Made by a program: the position numbers and the translations under genes. The notes under the pieces were generated by a model, which did not search any database, was not told the DNA's origin, and was given only the letters and a program-made list of their open reading frames with translations. From a virus (Duplodnaviria; Caudoviricetes): a DNA stretch of 35,098 nt. Shown here in pieces: positions 1 to 8,847 of the stretch (positions are counted from its first letter, which is position 1; every line of letters begins with the position of its first letter). Location: positions 1 to 35,098 of IMG/VR virus record IMGVR_UViG_3300032329_000227. One strand, 5' to 3'.

Positions 1-20
1 GCCTCTCTATTGTTTAACAC
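1..20. repeat. Terminal direct repeat (copy 1), identical to 35079-35098; circular assembly overlap
   Basis: gcctctctattgtttaacac occurs at both ends, and an ORF reads in frame through the junction. Confidence 0.95.
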
Positions 21-116
21 TAAGCGCTCGGCCTTTTTAATAGGGTTGCAGCCTATTATCAAAATACCTACAAGAATAAGCAAATAAATAATAAATAATT
101 TAGCTTTTGTTGCCAT
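1..116 (-). CDS. N-terminal part of a putative unimolecular spanin (lipoprotein signal), continuing at 35078->34694
   Basis: Manual translation from ATG at 116 gives MATKAKLFIIYLLILVGILIIG-C-NPIKKAERLVLNNREA: basic N-terminus, hydrophobic helix, lipobox-like IIGC. In frame with the 34694..35098 ORF. Confidence 0.8.
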   Translation of the reverse strand, partial: MATKAKLFIIYLLILVGILIIGCNPIKKAERLVLNNRE

Positions 117-294
117 AGCGTGGATCATGTGGATTTAACCAGTTAACTAAAATAGGCAAGATTGAGATCACGGCAGCGCTTATGCACTCTTCAAGTGTCA
201 CCTCATAGATGTTGCCTTTAGATACTATCATGGTAATGATAGCAGTGATTGCAATCTTTAGCCATGATCCATAAATACTATTTAGGAATTTCAT
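100..294 (-). CDS. Putative holin (two hydrophobic helices)
   Basis: 64 aa, two TM-like segments, C-terminal NWLNPHDPRYG; located in the lysis cassette. Confidence 0.6.
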   Translation of the reverse strand: MKFLNSIYGSWLKIAITAIITMIVSKGNIYEVTLEECISAAVISILPILVNWLNPHDPRYGNKS

Positions 295-466
295 CTTTTA
301 CTTTTTTAGTTGCGTTATAGTAATAACGAATAGCCATAAGACCAGAGAAAATAGCAACCAAACCGGCCACCATAGTGACAAAGGGTTGCACTTGTGTGAT
401 GGTTACGCTTGCGGCCGTAATACTTACGGCAGTGTTAACTAAGGCTTGGCTGCTATCTTGTTGCAT
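278..466 (-). CDS. Small membrane protein, holin/antiholin-like
   Basis: Hydrophobic segment FVTMVAGLVAIFSGLMAI followed by a basic tail; start MQQDSS at 466 avoids overlap with the upstream gene. Confidence 0.5.
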   Translation of the reverse strand: MQQDSSQALVNTAVSITAASVTITQVQPFVTMVAGLVAIFSGLMAIRYYYNATKKVKDEIPK

Positions 467-467
467 T

Positions 468-881
468 TTACTTATCAATAAGTTTTAAAAAAATCGGGTA
501 ATTTTCATTTGTTTCTATGCTAGCTAGTGAATCAATGGTGATTTCACCAGACCATAAGTTTTGCACATCAATATCTTTTTCGATGTTTAACACATCATCT
601 TGCTCTTTTTTATACTCTTCGATCTTATCTTGAGGCACTATTTTCTTGCCCTCTTCACCTTCTGCGTACTTGTCAAATAATTCCTTCATTGACTTTTCTA
701 AAAGTTCAGCATCTTCATTTACAATCTTACTTAAGCGTTGCAAATAAAGCTTTACCTTCATGCTCATTTTCTGGCCCAATAATCCAACTGATTGTTGGTG
801 TACTTTTCCATCGGCAGTCTTTACATTCATGCCATTTAACTCAAAGTTAAGATCGTAGATTTCGTTTAATTTCAATTTCAT
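468..881 (-). CDS. Hypothetical helical protein, DUF1617-like
   Basis: 137 aa charged helical ORF (KMSMKVKLYLQRL...ELFDKYA) directly after the tail fibre; family resemblance judged from memory. Confidence 0.45.
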   Translation of the reverse strand: MKLKLNEIYDLNFELNGMNVKTADGKVHQQSVGLLGQKMSMKVKLYLQRLSKIVNEDAELLEKSMKELFDKYAEGEEGKKIVPQDKIEEYKKEQDDVLNIEKDIDVQNLWSGEITIDSLASIETNENYPIFLKLIDK

Positions 882-899
882 AAAATGTTATTTTTTTTA

Positions 900-907
900 C
901 AAATATA
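900..907 (-). promoter_or_regulatory. Bacteroidota sigmaA -7 element (TATATTTG)
   Basis: Matches TAnnTTTG in the intergenic gap 19 nt upstream of ATG 881. Confidence 0.5.
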
Positions 908-913
908 CTTATT

Positions 914-3900
914 TTAAGTAATTAATGCTCCATCTCTTTGTACCGCTTGTATTATAACTTGATAATTTTGATAGTTATAAGGTGCAGTAGTAGTCATTTG
1001 TAAATTATCACCGCTCCATGATAATGATACAAGATAAACATCACCTCCAAATGTAGTATCTAAAGAAACAGATGAAACTTGTCTGCTACCATCTGCTGAC
1101 CAAAAAGCATAAGCAGTTTGAGCATTGCCAGTATTACCAACTGCACTAACAGATAAAATAGTTATTTTTAATAAAACTCTAGAATTACTTCCAGCAGAAT
1201 TAGCTACTGATGCAATTGTATGAGTAATATTTGATGTTTCTCTATTAAATTGCTTATTAAATATATTTGTTCCTCCTTCATTTCTAAATCCAGCACTACC
1301 AAAAACATCAAGTCTAAATGATGGATTACTTAAACCAAGTGCAATTCTGCCATTTCCTTTTATCATAAAATCACTCTCAGTTGTTCTTGCAGATATAGAG
1401 AAAAATCTATCTGCCTCTGCCAATGCTGGATAATATGATATTTTACCATCACTCAATGCATCATCACTAAATAATATTTGCGCTCTTTGATTATTAGATG
1501 CACCTCCACTAATTCTTAATTGAGGATTTGATGAATATGTTGTACCATTTTGTGCAGATATATGAACTTTACTACCTCCTAAAGGGGTTGCAGTTCCTAT
1601 ACCAATTGTACCATTTGCTAATAAACGCATTCTTTCAATAAATGAAATTGATGCACCAGCAATATTAGTAGCTGCATTTGCAAATATCATTACATCCTCA
1701 GCAAATTCAATTTTTGATGTACCACCATTATAAAGTCTTGAAATTGTACCAGAACCATTATCATAATAGTTAACTCCTACTGCAAAATTATTATTTGCAC
1801 CAGTCCAGTTTGATAATACACCACCAGTACCAACTTGTAAAGCTGCAATTGAACTTCCCCATCCGCTATTAGGTGCAACTTTAATACCAACTTGTCCGCC
1901 ATATTTTATAGTAATAGCGTTTGAATATGAACTGCCAGCACTTGTACCATAGCCAATACCTAAATCATTTGAACCAATTTTATAAAAGTTCCAATCGCCA
2001 TATCCACTCTCTGTATTATTAAAAATTAAATAATTGTAATCATTTGAATTTCCATTTTGTGCTGCAAATATTCCTTGTACTGCCGTTACACTACTTGAAA
2101 ACGTAGCACTTGTACCGCTTAAGCCACCATAAAAAGTAATATTAGCACCGCCACCTGCTCCGAAGTTTGCTACTTGAGTACTGCTATTAGCGTTAACGCT
2201 AAGTCCAGCACTTGTTGAAGCCTTAACTTGCGCCGCGCTTAATGTATAACTATTAAGCGTAACGTTACCCGTTGCACCGGTATAAGGTACATAAGTAGAC
2301 GCAGCCGTTGCCGTGCTTAACTTATTGTTAAAAGTATTCCAGTCTGTGCTAGATAATGCACCATTTGCTGATCCACTAGCAAGTCCTAAAGATAAAGCTT
2401 GTGTGCTTAAGCTTAAACCATTTGCAGTGCCTAAAGTAACTGCTGCATGTCTTGCGGCAGTATTAGCAGCCACATCACTATTTGCACTAACTCTTACATC
2501 TGTATAATATAAATTTGTGCCTTCTGTCACTTGCGTTGTTGTGTAGTCGCCACTTGCTGCAACAACTGCACCAGTGCGTCCAAACACTGAACTCACACCA
2601 GTAACTAATCCGTTCACGTTGCCGTTAAGCTTTTGAATTGCAGATAAGATTGTATCGCTTGAACTGATCGTGCCAGCACCGCTTGTATATCCAGTTAAAG
2701 TGCTAGCAATTGATCTTGCATTTGTAAAGTATAAATTCGTACCTTCTGCAATATTGCTAGTTGTTAAACTAACTGCGCCAGTCTCACCATTCACACTCAC
2801 AACCGCGTCTGTGTTATCAACTTGCTGCCATGCAGTGCCATCATAAATAATCCAGTCACCAACATTCCAATCTGTAATGCCGTCAATGTTTGTAGATCCA
2901 GCAACACTGACAATGTAGTAATTGCCTTTTGTACCTACACCGCTAGCTAAAGTAGGAGTGTTTGTGCTTGCATTCCAAATGCCTTTGTATATTGATCCGC
3001 CTATTAAACCATTTACTTGATTTTGTAATTTACCAAATGCAGTCAATATACTATCCGTGTCAGCAATGGTGCCTCCGGTAATATTCACACCGCTCAAAAT
3101 CTTGCCAGTCACCGCGCTATTTACAAGACTTGGATTTGCATAAGTACCACTCAACTCACCGCCAGCAGTGATGCCACTGATCGTTGTTAAATATGTGCTA
3201 TTGTCATAGCTTATTGTAGTGCCACTGATCTTGACAAATCCAGTGCCATTCAAAGCTGCTTGCTTGTTGTTAAAAGTATTCCAGTCTGTGCTAGATAAGT
3301 AACCATTTGCAGCACCACCAGCTTGACTAATACTTACCACGCCAGCACTTACACTAATAGGCAAAGTGCCGCTTATTGCCGCTTTTGCTCTTGCATCTGT
3401 GTAATATAAGTTTGTGCCTTCTGCTAGATCAGTTGTAGTCTTGCCACTAAATGCAGTGTTAAATCTTGCAGCAGTATAATAAAGATTTGTATTCTCTGGC
3501 ACCGCTAAAGTGTCCAAAGTTTGAAAGGTCTTGTCACCTCTGTAATATTGAGCCGTTGTGCCGCTTGCTAAAAAGTTTTCTTTATTGTTAAATGTATTCC
3601 AGTCTGTGTTTGTCAAATATCCATTTGCACTGGTTGTTGCAGCCGGCATACTTAAAGTCCTATCAGCGCTTAAATCACCGCCACCAGTTAAAGGTGCAGT
3701 TGTATTTATTGATCTAGATTGTGATGTATAAGTTGTTGAATCAACAGATCCATCCGCTTTTAAAAATTGTACAGATGTACCACCACTTTTCACAATTGTA
3801 TTACCAGTCACACTACTAGAAAAACTCGCACTGGTACCGCTTAAGCCGCCATACAAAGTCATGTTTGCACCGCCTCCGGCTCCTAAATTAGCTATTTGCG

Positions 3901-4408
3901 TACCACCATTGCTATTGATACTTAAACCAGCACTTGATGTTGCTTTAACTTGAGCGGTCAATAATTTGTGACTATTTAAATCAACATCACCAGTTGCGCC
4001 AGTGTAAGGCACTTTTGCATCTAGGCTAGCCTCTGTTGGTATAACATACCCACTAGCAAGACTAAAAATACCACTTGCACTATCGTAATTGATTCCGGTA
4101 ATATTCTCACTGATCGCCGTTCTTGATCTTGCATTTGTGTAATAAAGATTTGTGCCTTCTGTCAAATCTGTTGTAGTCTTATTACCAAAAGCAGTATTAA
4201 ATCTTGCTTGTGTATAATAAAGATTTGATCCTTCTGCAACTATGCTAGTTGTGTAGTCACCAGCTTGACCTACTACGTTGCCAACTCTACCAAATACGCT
4301 AAATACATTGCTAGGCAATGGATAAGCGCCAGTTTGTGTCACTATATTAACTACTGCCTCTGTGACATTTATTTCAATAATCTCGTCTGTTACGTTTATT
4401 ATTTCCAT
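914..4408 (-). CDS. Long tail fibre / receptor-binding protein
   Basis: 1164 aa, G/S/T/N-rich; six E(G/N)(T/S)NLY(Y/F)T repeats, three TDWNTFNNK, two SVFGRxG; distal ERMR...GTIGIGT fibre motif. Confidence 0.85.
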   Translation of the reverse strand: MEIINVTDEIIEINVTEAVVNIVTQTGAYPLPSNVFSVFGRVGNVVGQAGDYTTSIVAEGSNLYYTQARFNTAFGNKTTTDLTEGTNLYYTNARSRTAISENITGINYDSASGIFSLASGYVIPTEASLDAKVPYTGATGDVDLNSHKLLTAQVKATSSAGLSINSNGGTQIANLGAGGGANMTLYGGLSGTSASFSSSVTGNTIVKSGGTSVQFLKADGSVDSTTYTSQSRSINTTAPLTGGGDLSADRTLSMPAATTSANGYLTNTDWNTFNNKENFLASGTTAQYYRGDKTFQTLDTLAVPENTNLYYTAARFNTAFSGKTTTDLAEGTNLYYTDARAKAAISGTLPISVSAGVVSISQAGGAANGYLSSTDWNTFNNKQAALNGTGFVKISGTTISYDNSTYLTTISGITAGGELSGTYANPSLVNSAVTGKILSGVNITGGTIADTDSILTAFGKLQNQVNGLIGGSIYKGIWNASTNTPTLASGVGTKGNYYIVSVAGSTNIDGITDWNVGDWIIYDGTAWQQVDNTDAVVSVNGETGAVSLTTSNIAEGTNLYFTNARSIASTLTGYTSGAGTISSSDTILSAIQKLNGNVNGLVTGVSSVFGRTGAVVAASGDYTTTQVTEGTNLYYTDVRVSANSDVAANTAARHAAVTLGTANGLSLSTQALSLGLASGSANGALSSTDWNTFNNKLSTATAASTYVPYTGATGNVTLNSYTLSAAQVKASTSAGLSVNANSSTQVANFGAGGGANITFYGGLSGTSATFSSSVTAVQGIFAAQNGNSNDYNYLIFNNTESGYGDWNFYKIGSNDLGIGYGTSAGSSYSNAITIKYGGQVGIKVAPNSGWGSSIAALQVGTGGVLSNWTGANNNFAVGVNYYDNGSGTISRLYNGGTSKIEFAEDVMIFANAATNIAGASISFIERMRLLANGTIGIGTATPLGGSKVHISAQNGTTYSSNPQLRISGGASNNQRAQILFSDDALSDGKISYYPALAEADRFFSISARTTESDFMIKGNGRIALGLSNPSFRLDVFGSAGFRNEGGTNIFNKQFNRETSNITHTIASVANSAGSNSRVLLKITILSVSAVGNTGNAQTAYAFWSADGSRQVSSVSLDTTFGGDVYLVSLSWSGDNLQMTTTAPYNYQNYQVIIQAVQRDGALIT

Positions 4409-4414
4409 TTTTAT

Positions 4415-4783
4415 CTATGCTTTTGATACATCCTCTTGAACAATAAAATTACCCCAAAGATATGTTTTGACCTCTCCGCTAGGGAATGTCACATTCATAT
4501 CGTAAACGTATGCACCGGCGGCCACATCTACAATTTTGTTTAAAGTAATTTGATTGCGATTTATACCTCCAATGCTTATGCTACTATTTGCAGTAGATAA
4601 AGTCAAAGCTACCACGCTGCTTGTTGGCGTTGGCCTTACTTGTATTAAAATTGTTGATCCGCTCAAATCAATAGGCGTAGTGTCTGCTAATAAAGCAAAT
4701 GTTTGCGCCCAGCTATCATTGCGCCAAATCTTTACATTGTATTGCGCCGGTCTTAAATCAGCGCTTGTAGAATTACAACTCAT
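4415..4783 (-). CDS. Putative tail-fibre collar/attachment protein (LtfC/BppU-like beta sandwich)
   Basis: PIDLSGSTILIQVR...YVYDM...G.FIV pattern; immediately upstream of the fibre. Confidence 0.55.
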   Translation of the reverse strand: MSCNSTSADLRPAQYNVKIWRNDSWAQTFALLADTTPIDLSGSTILIQVRPTPTSSVVALTLSTANSSISIGGINRNQITLNKIVDVAAGAYVYDMNVTFPSGEVKTYLWGNFIVQEDVSKA

Positions 4784-4788
4784 TTTTA

Positions 4789-5226
4789 TTATGGGTTTAA
4801 TGGTATGTCACAAGCATCGAAATCGGAATAAGTAGTCATGTTAAAGCTTACCTCAACACCACTCAAATAATCCTCAAACTTATCTAGTATTAAATTATAT
4901 GTTATATTGTCATCAATCTGCCAATCGTTTGCGCCATTCCTAAGCTTGCTGATAATGTCAGCACATATCTGCAACTGATCACTAGTCACATCTTGCTCAA
5001 ACTCACCCTCAAGTCCAGCCTTATCTAGAAACCACAAAGTGATGTTATAGACTTGCTCACGGCCCACGTTAAGCGATCCGTTGTTAATTGCCAAGCAAGC
5101 AATCGGAAATACTGGTTGACTATCTGCGAATAGCCACTCCCTTGGCGTTGCATTTTTGATGCTTTTTATCATCGCATGCGTTGCTAGTATTGCTTTTAGT
5201 TCCTTTATTACTTGATTGTATGTCAT
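4789..5226 (-). CDS. Putative tail terminator / tail-completion protein
   Basis: 145 aa acidic alpha/beta protein after the head-tail adaptor. Confidence 0.45.
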   Translation of the reverse strand: MTYNQVIKELKAILATHAMIKSIKNATPREWLFADSQPVFPIACLAINNGSLNVGREQVYNITLWFLDKAGLEGEFEQDVTSDQLQICADIISKLRNGANDWQIDDNITYNLILDKFEDYLSGVEVSFNMTTYSDFDACDIPLNP

Positions 5227-5261
5227 TAAATTTCATTTTTACTCTTTCTACAAACTCACGT

Positions 5262-5852
5262 TTATAACTGCGTATCTTCATAAGGATTGTTAAAATTATA
5301 TGGCAAATCAAGATTACTGACTTTTCGCGTGCTGTCTCTTCTGCCTAAATAGATCGGTGATGTGTAAGCTTGTATCTGTGGTGCAATAGCATCAAAACCG
5401 CTACCATATTGTAAGTATTGCTCAAACATGGTACTATTTTCTCTTAAATAATCAATCAATCTTTGCTTGTAAAATTCGCCATTGCTCATGTACTTACGCT
5501 CCAATAACTCAAGCTGGCCCTTAGATGGGTTGTTGCTCTCTTCTGCACCTTTCTGCAATACGCCTTTACTAAAAAATTGAAAGCTAGTGCTGATCACCAT
5601 CTCGCCAATTGTAAACCATAACAAAGTATCTGTGATGTAATTGTCAAGCAAGTTCTTTTCATCTTGGCTAAGATTGCCAATATCAATGCCCTCTTGTAAG
5701 CGATTATAGAGTCCAGATCCTAAAGCCGGCAATATGAACTTATCTTGAGCAAGCTTGATCACTGGCAATATTTGCTTACCATCAATCGCGTCACTTATAG
5801 CGGTGCGACTTTTGACAAGTGATTCTGTTATAAAAAGTATGTTTAAACTCAT
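5262..5852 (-). CDS. Putative head-tail adaptor (DUF6712-like)
   Basis: LFIT...I.P.IKLAQD.FI.P.LG..LY..L pattern; directly downstream of portal. Confidence 0.6.
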   Translation of the reverse strand: MSLNILFITESLVKSRTAISDAIDGKQILPVIKLAQDKFILPALGSGLYNRLQEGIDIGNLSQDEKNLLDNYITDTLLWFTIGEMVISTSFQFFSKGVLQKGAEESNNPSKGQLELLERKYMSNGEFYKQRLIDYLRENSTMFEQYLQYGSGFDAIAPQIQAYTSPIYLGRRDSTRKVSNLDLPYNFNNPYEDTQL

Positions 5853-5855
5853 TTT

Positions 5856-7832
5856 TTATTTTTTTCTAGTTACTATTTTAACTTGCCATCTATGTCTGCA
5901 ATATGGTCTATGGTTGCCATTCGGCTCTGTAAACCATCCGCCTCTTCTATCCCAAACAGAATAACCTAAACGCTCGCTGATATTCTCTATGTCTGCGCGG
6001 CTCCAAAGTTTAGTCTTAGCCAATTGCAACATTCTTGCACAAAATGGTCTATTTTTACTATCCTCTGGTCCAGAGTAAGTATATCTAAGCAACACCTCGG
6101 TCTTAGTAGTCTTGTCACCTCCAGCAATCTTGCTTAAAGGCTCAGTCAACTTTCTCACTACTGGCGTGTAATTAGGGACTAAAATACTTATTTCCATTCC
6201 AGTCTGGACTAAGTACCCCTCAAGCTTTAGCGCCTCAAGCGTTTGATCTATTTGCTCAACACTTTTATTTAAGACTTTAGCTAGCACCTCTGGTGTGATT
6301 CTTTTATCTTTACTGATCAAATCAAGCACATTTGCTTTAAGTACATTGATCTCTTCATCTGCAAATGCTTGATACCCTTTAGCGTCATGTGTTTCTACTA
6401 CCTCAAAATCTTCTACATTATCACCACATGCTGCAAACTCATTCACTAGCAAATCATCTTGCATAGATGCAAAAGCTTGCTCAGTTGAAGGATCATCATC
6501 AACACCTAAAAACGTGTCAACATCTGCATCTGTAAAACCAAAGCCACTCTTTAACATCAAGCTAGCTTGTGCCTTGTTGATCTTACCAGATCCGAATTGA
6601 CGCACGATGCGCATCACATTTTGGTGCTGGCGACCGCTTAAGTTAGTCAAAGTTGCGTTTGCTTGTACTGGTTGTGTAGTCACACCACTAGCATCTGTTA
6701 CAACCGAACTTTGTAATCCTAATTTCTCACGGATTTCATCTCTTGTCATATTAGCTGACATCACTGCCTCGCTAAATTCAAAGCTTAATGGCTCAACTGG
6801 TACGATCTTAAATTCGCCCTCTATGCCGGCTAAATTCATTAAAGTTGTGAATGTTTGCTCATGCTCTTGCTGGCGCTCATTTACATAAGTATTTTGAAAA
6901 ATCTGGTAAGCATCACGGATCTCGCTTCTGCCTCCTAATTGGCCCTCTGTCTTGATACCGAATAACATCGGACTTGTAACTTGATGACAAGAGAAAATCT
7001 CTTGCATAATCAAATTATTGACATTTGTGAAATCCTCTTTTGTCAAACTTGTCTCACCTAAGTTCACAATGTCGACTGAATTCTCTCTAGATGGATTAAA
7101 TGCAATCACCACACGATCTCCATCATGATTTGCAAACTTACTCTTTAAGTCTGTCTCAACTTGCTCTTGCTCTTCCTCTTGAGGTAATCCGTTATTGAAA
7201 TTAATCAATTTAGTTGCAACAAAGTTGTGCTTTGCATTGCCTAAAATGTGTCTGCTTACTTGGATGTCACTCTCTATATAGTTAAGACCTTGGAAATAAC
7301 TTGGCAAAGGATATACATCACTTTTAGGATTGTATTGCTTTACAAAGAATATTTGTGGCCCACTAGGATCGTTTGGATTAAATGCTGGATATTCTCTTGC
7401 TTTCTCTTTAAAGTCGCTAGCAGTCCAATCATTCTTTACATAGAATGTACTTAAGTCCTTGCTTGCTCTTACCTTTTGAAACTCAATGTGAAATACATCT
7501 TTGATCTTACCTAACTTGTTGTAGATAATTTGTAGGTAATATCCGCCTTGCAACTCATCATCTAAGATTGAGCGCTTCATTATTTGATTCCATGTTTCGC
7601 CTTGTGAATTAGCCTTTTGCTCAACGCCTTCAAAGCCTTTGCCAAATATGTAGTTGACTTTGCCTTTAATGATTGCTCCGTGCTTAGGTGACTCACCATA
7701 CAAATCAATCAAATAATTTGGATAATTATTCCTTGCACCAAACTCAACATAGTTTTTGCCTTTTTTCTCTTCAAATCTAGGCTGCTGCGCTTGATCAAAC
7801 TCGATTTTTATTAATTGATATTTATTGCTCAC
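5856..7832 (-). CDS. Portal protein with C-terminal wHTH and MuF-like Cys/His extension
   Basis: FG.RNNYPNYLIDLY..SPKH.AII..K and HQVTSPMLFGIK motifs typical of Bacteroidota phage portals; probable GTG start at 7832. Confidence 0.8.
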   Translation of the reverse strand: MSNKYQLIKIEFDQAQQPRFEEKKGKNYVEFGARNNYPNYLIDLYGESPKHGAIIKGKVNYIFGKGFEGVEQKANSQGETWNQIMKRSILDDELQGGYYLQIIYNKLGKIKDVFHIEFQKVRASKDLSTFYVKNDWTASDFKEKAREYPAFNPNDPSGPQIFFVKQYNPKSDVYPLPSYFQGLNYIESDIQVSRHILGNAKHNFVATKLINFNNGLPQEEEQEQVETDLKSKFANHDGDRVVIAFNPSRENSVDIVNLGETSLTKEDFTNVNNLIMQEIFSCHQVTSPMLFGIKTEGQLGGRSEIRDAYQIFQNTYVNERQQEHEQTFTTLMNLAGIEGEFKIVPVEPLSFEFSEAVMSANMTRDEIREKLGLQSSVVTDASGVTTQPVQANATLTNLSGRQHQNVMRIVRQFGSGKINKAQASLMLKSGFGFTDADVDTFLGVDDDPSTEQAFASMQDDLLVNEFAACGDNVEDFEVVETHDAKGYQAFADEEINVLKANVLDLISKDKRITPEVLAKVLNKSVEQIDQTLEALKLEGYLVQTGMEISILVPNYTPVVRKLTEPLSKIAGGDKTTKTEVLLRYTYSGPEDSKNRPFCARMLQLAKTKLWSRADIENISERLGYSVWDRRGGWFTEPNGNHRPYCRHRWQVKIVTRKK

Positions 7833-8196
7833 TTGTATAAGTTTTAAATTCGTTATCTTGCTCGTTGTACTCTGGTTGAGGACAATCGGTTTCGTCATGT
7901 AAATACATAAATCCTTCCTCTACTATCGCACCGCTCAAACTCTCTTTAGTATTAGTTGCGCTTGCTTGCTCTCTTATCTTATACCTCCAAGTGCCACTCT
8001 CTTTGCAATCAAACACAGAATTTAAAACAAGTACCTTTTGGTATCTTGCATCTGTGCTTATGTTTGTCCCTACAAATGTAACACAATTTTCTGTTGCACT
8101 TGTGAAAATAAACAAGTATTTCGGGTTTGAAATTGTTGCCAATTCTAAGCCAGTGAATATCAAATTATTGTCAATGCCTTTGTATATGTGTAACAT
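7822..8196 (-). CDS. Virion-module hypothetical protein
   Basis: Start MLHIYKG at 8196 lies downstream of a terminator; beta-rich; between putative tail tube and portal. Confidence 0.55.
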   Translation of the reverse strand: MLHIYKGIDNNLIFTGLELATISNPKYLFIFTSATENCVTFVGTNISTDARYQKVLVLNSVFDCKESGTWRYKIREQASATNTKESLSGAIVEEGFMYLHDETDCPQPEYNEQDNEFKTYTSEQ

Positions 8197-8200
8197 GTTA

Positions 8201-8241
8201 TAAAAATTAAATGCCCTACCCACACAAAGTAGGTAGGGCAT
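8201..8241 (-). terminator. Rho-independent terminator
   Basis: Stem atgccctacc (8211-8220) / ggtagggcat (8232-8241), followed by a T-rich tail on the minus strand. Confidence 0.65.
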
Positions 8242-8265
8242 AATTAATTACTACTATTGGTAAAA

Positions 8266-8784
8266 TTACCCAGCAGTCTCAAGCGCCGCTCCTACTGATG
8301 CAGACACTTGTAAAAAATCATCTTTCTCAACACCACTCAATGTGATATTGTACCCATTACGATCGCCGGCAGCAGTGCCAGATCCACTCTCTGTGGTAGC
8401 TAAGTAAAGACCATTACCTTCGCCATACATGCGATAGTTGCCATCCATATCTAAAGTAACTGCAACTAGCTTATTTTTAGCTAAAGTGCGTACAATGTTT
8501 GCAGTTGTAGAATCTCTTTTATTTAAAGGGAATACTACTTGATGGGTATAAAATACTGATCCGTTTTCCTCGGATGCAGTTGCATTTGAACTTGTATTTG
8601 CGGTTGCTCTTGGCACCTCAAACTTATAGAATCTCTTGCCAGTTGCTTTTGTAATGCCGGTAACTAAACCGCTTACTTCTGCAACAGACGTAATGTTACC
8701 GAACTCCGCTAAAAATACGGCTTGTAATCCACCGATATTCTCGCGGCAATCAATCGCGTAACCGCTTGTAATTGCACATGCCAT
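8266..8784 (-). CDS. Major structural protein, probable tail tube
   Basis: MAC.I..G....C...GG...VF N-terminus and SGT..GDRNGY.IT motif; directly after the capsid gene and bracketed by terminators. Confidence 0.6.
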   Translation of the reverse strand: MACAITSGYAIDCRENIGGLQAVFLAEFGNITSVAEVSGLVTGITKATGKRFYKFEVPRATANTSSNATASEENGSVFYTHQVVFPLNKRDSTTANIVRTLAKNKLVAVTLDMDGNYRMYGEGNGLYLATTESGSGTAAGDRNGYNITLSGVEKDDFLQVSASVGAALETAG

Positions 8785-8797
8785 GATAAAAAAGTTT

Positions 8798-8830
8798 AAA
8801 AAAAAGGCGGCGTTTATTGCACCGCCTTTC
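8798..8830 (-). terminator. Rho-independent terminator after the capsid gene
   Basis: Minus strand reads gaaaggcgg-tgcaataaacg-ccgcc followed by a run of 8 T. Confidence 0.75.
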
Positions 8831-8847
8831 TTTGGTTATTTATTTAA

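Noticed and set aside
1-20. End repeat as a physical terminal repeat or att site
   Set aside because: It lies mid-gene and has the size of an assembler overlap; no integrase was seen
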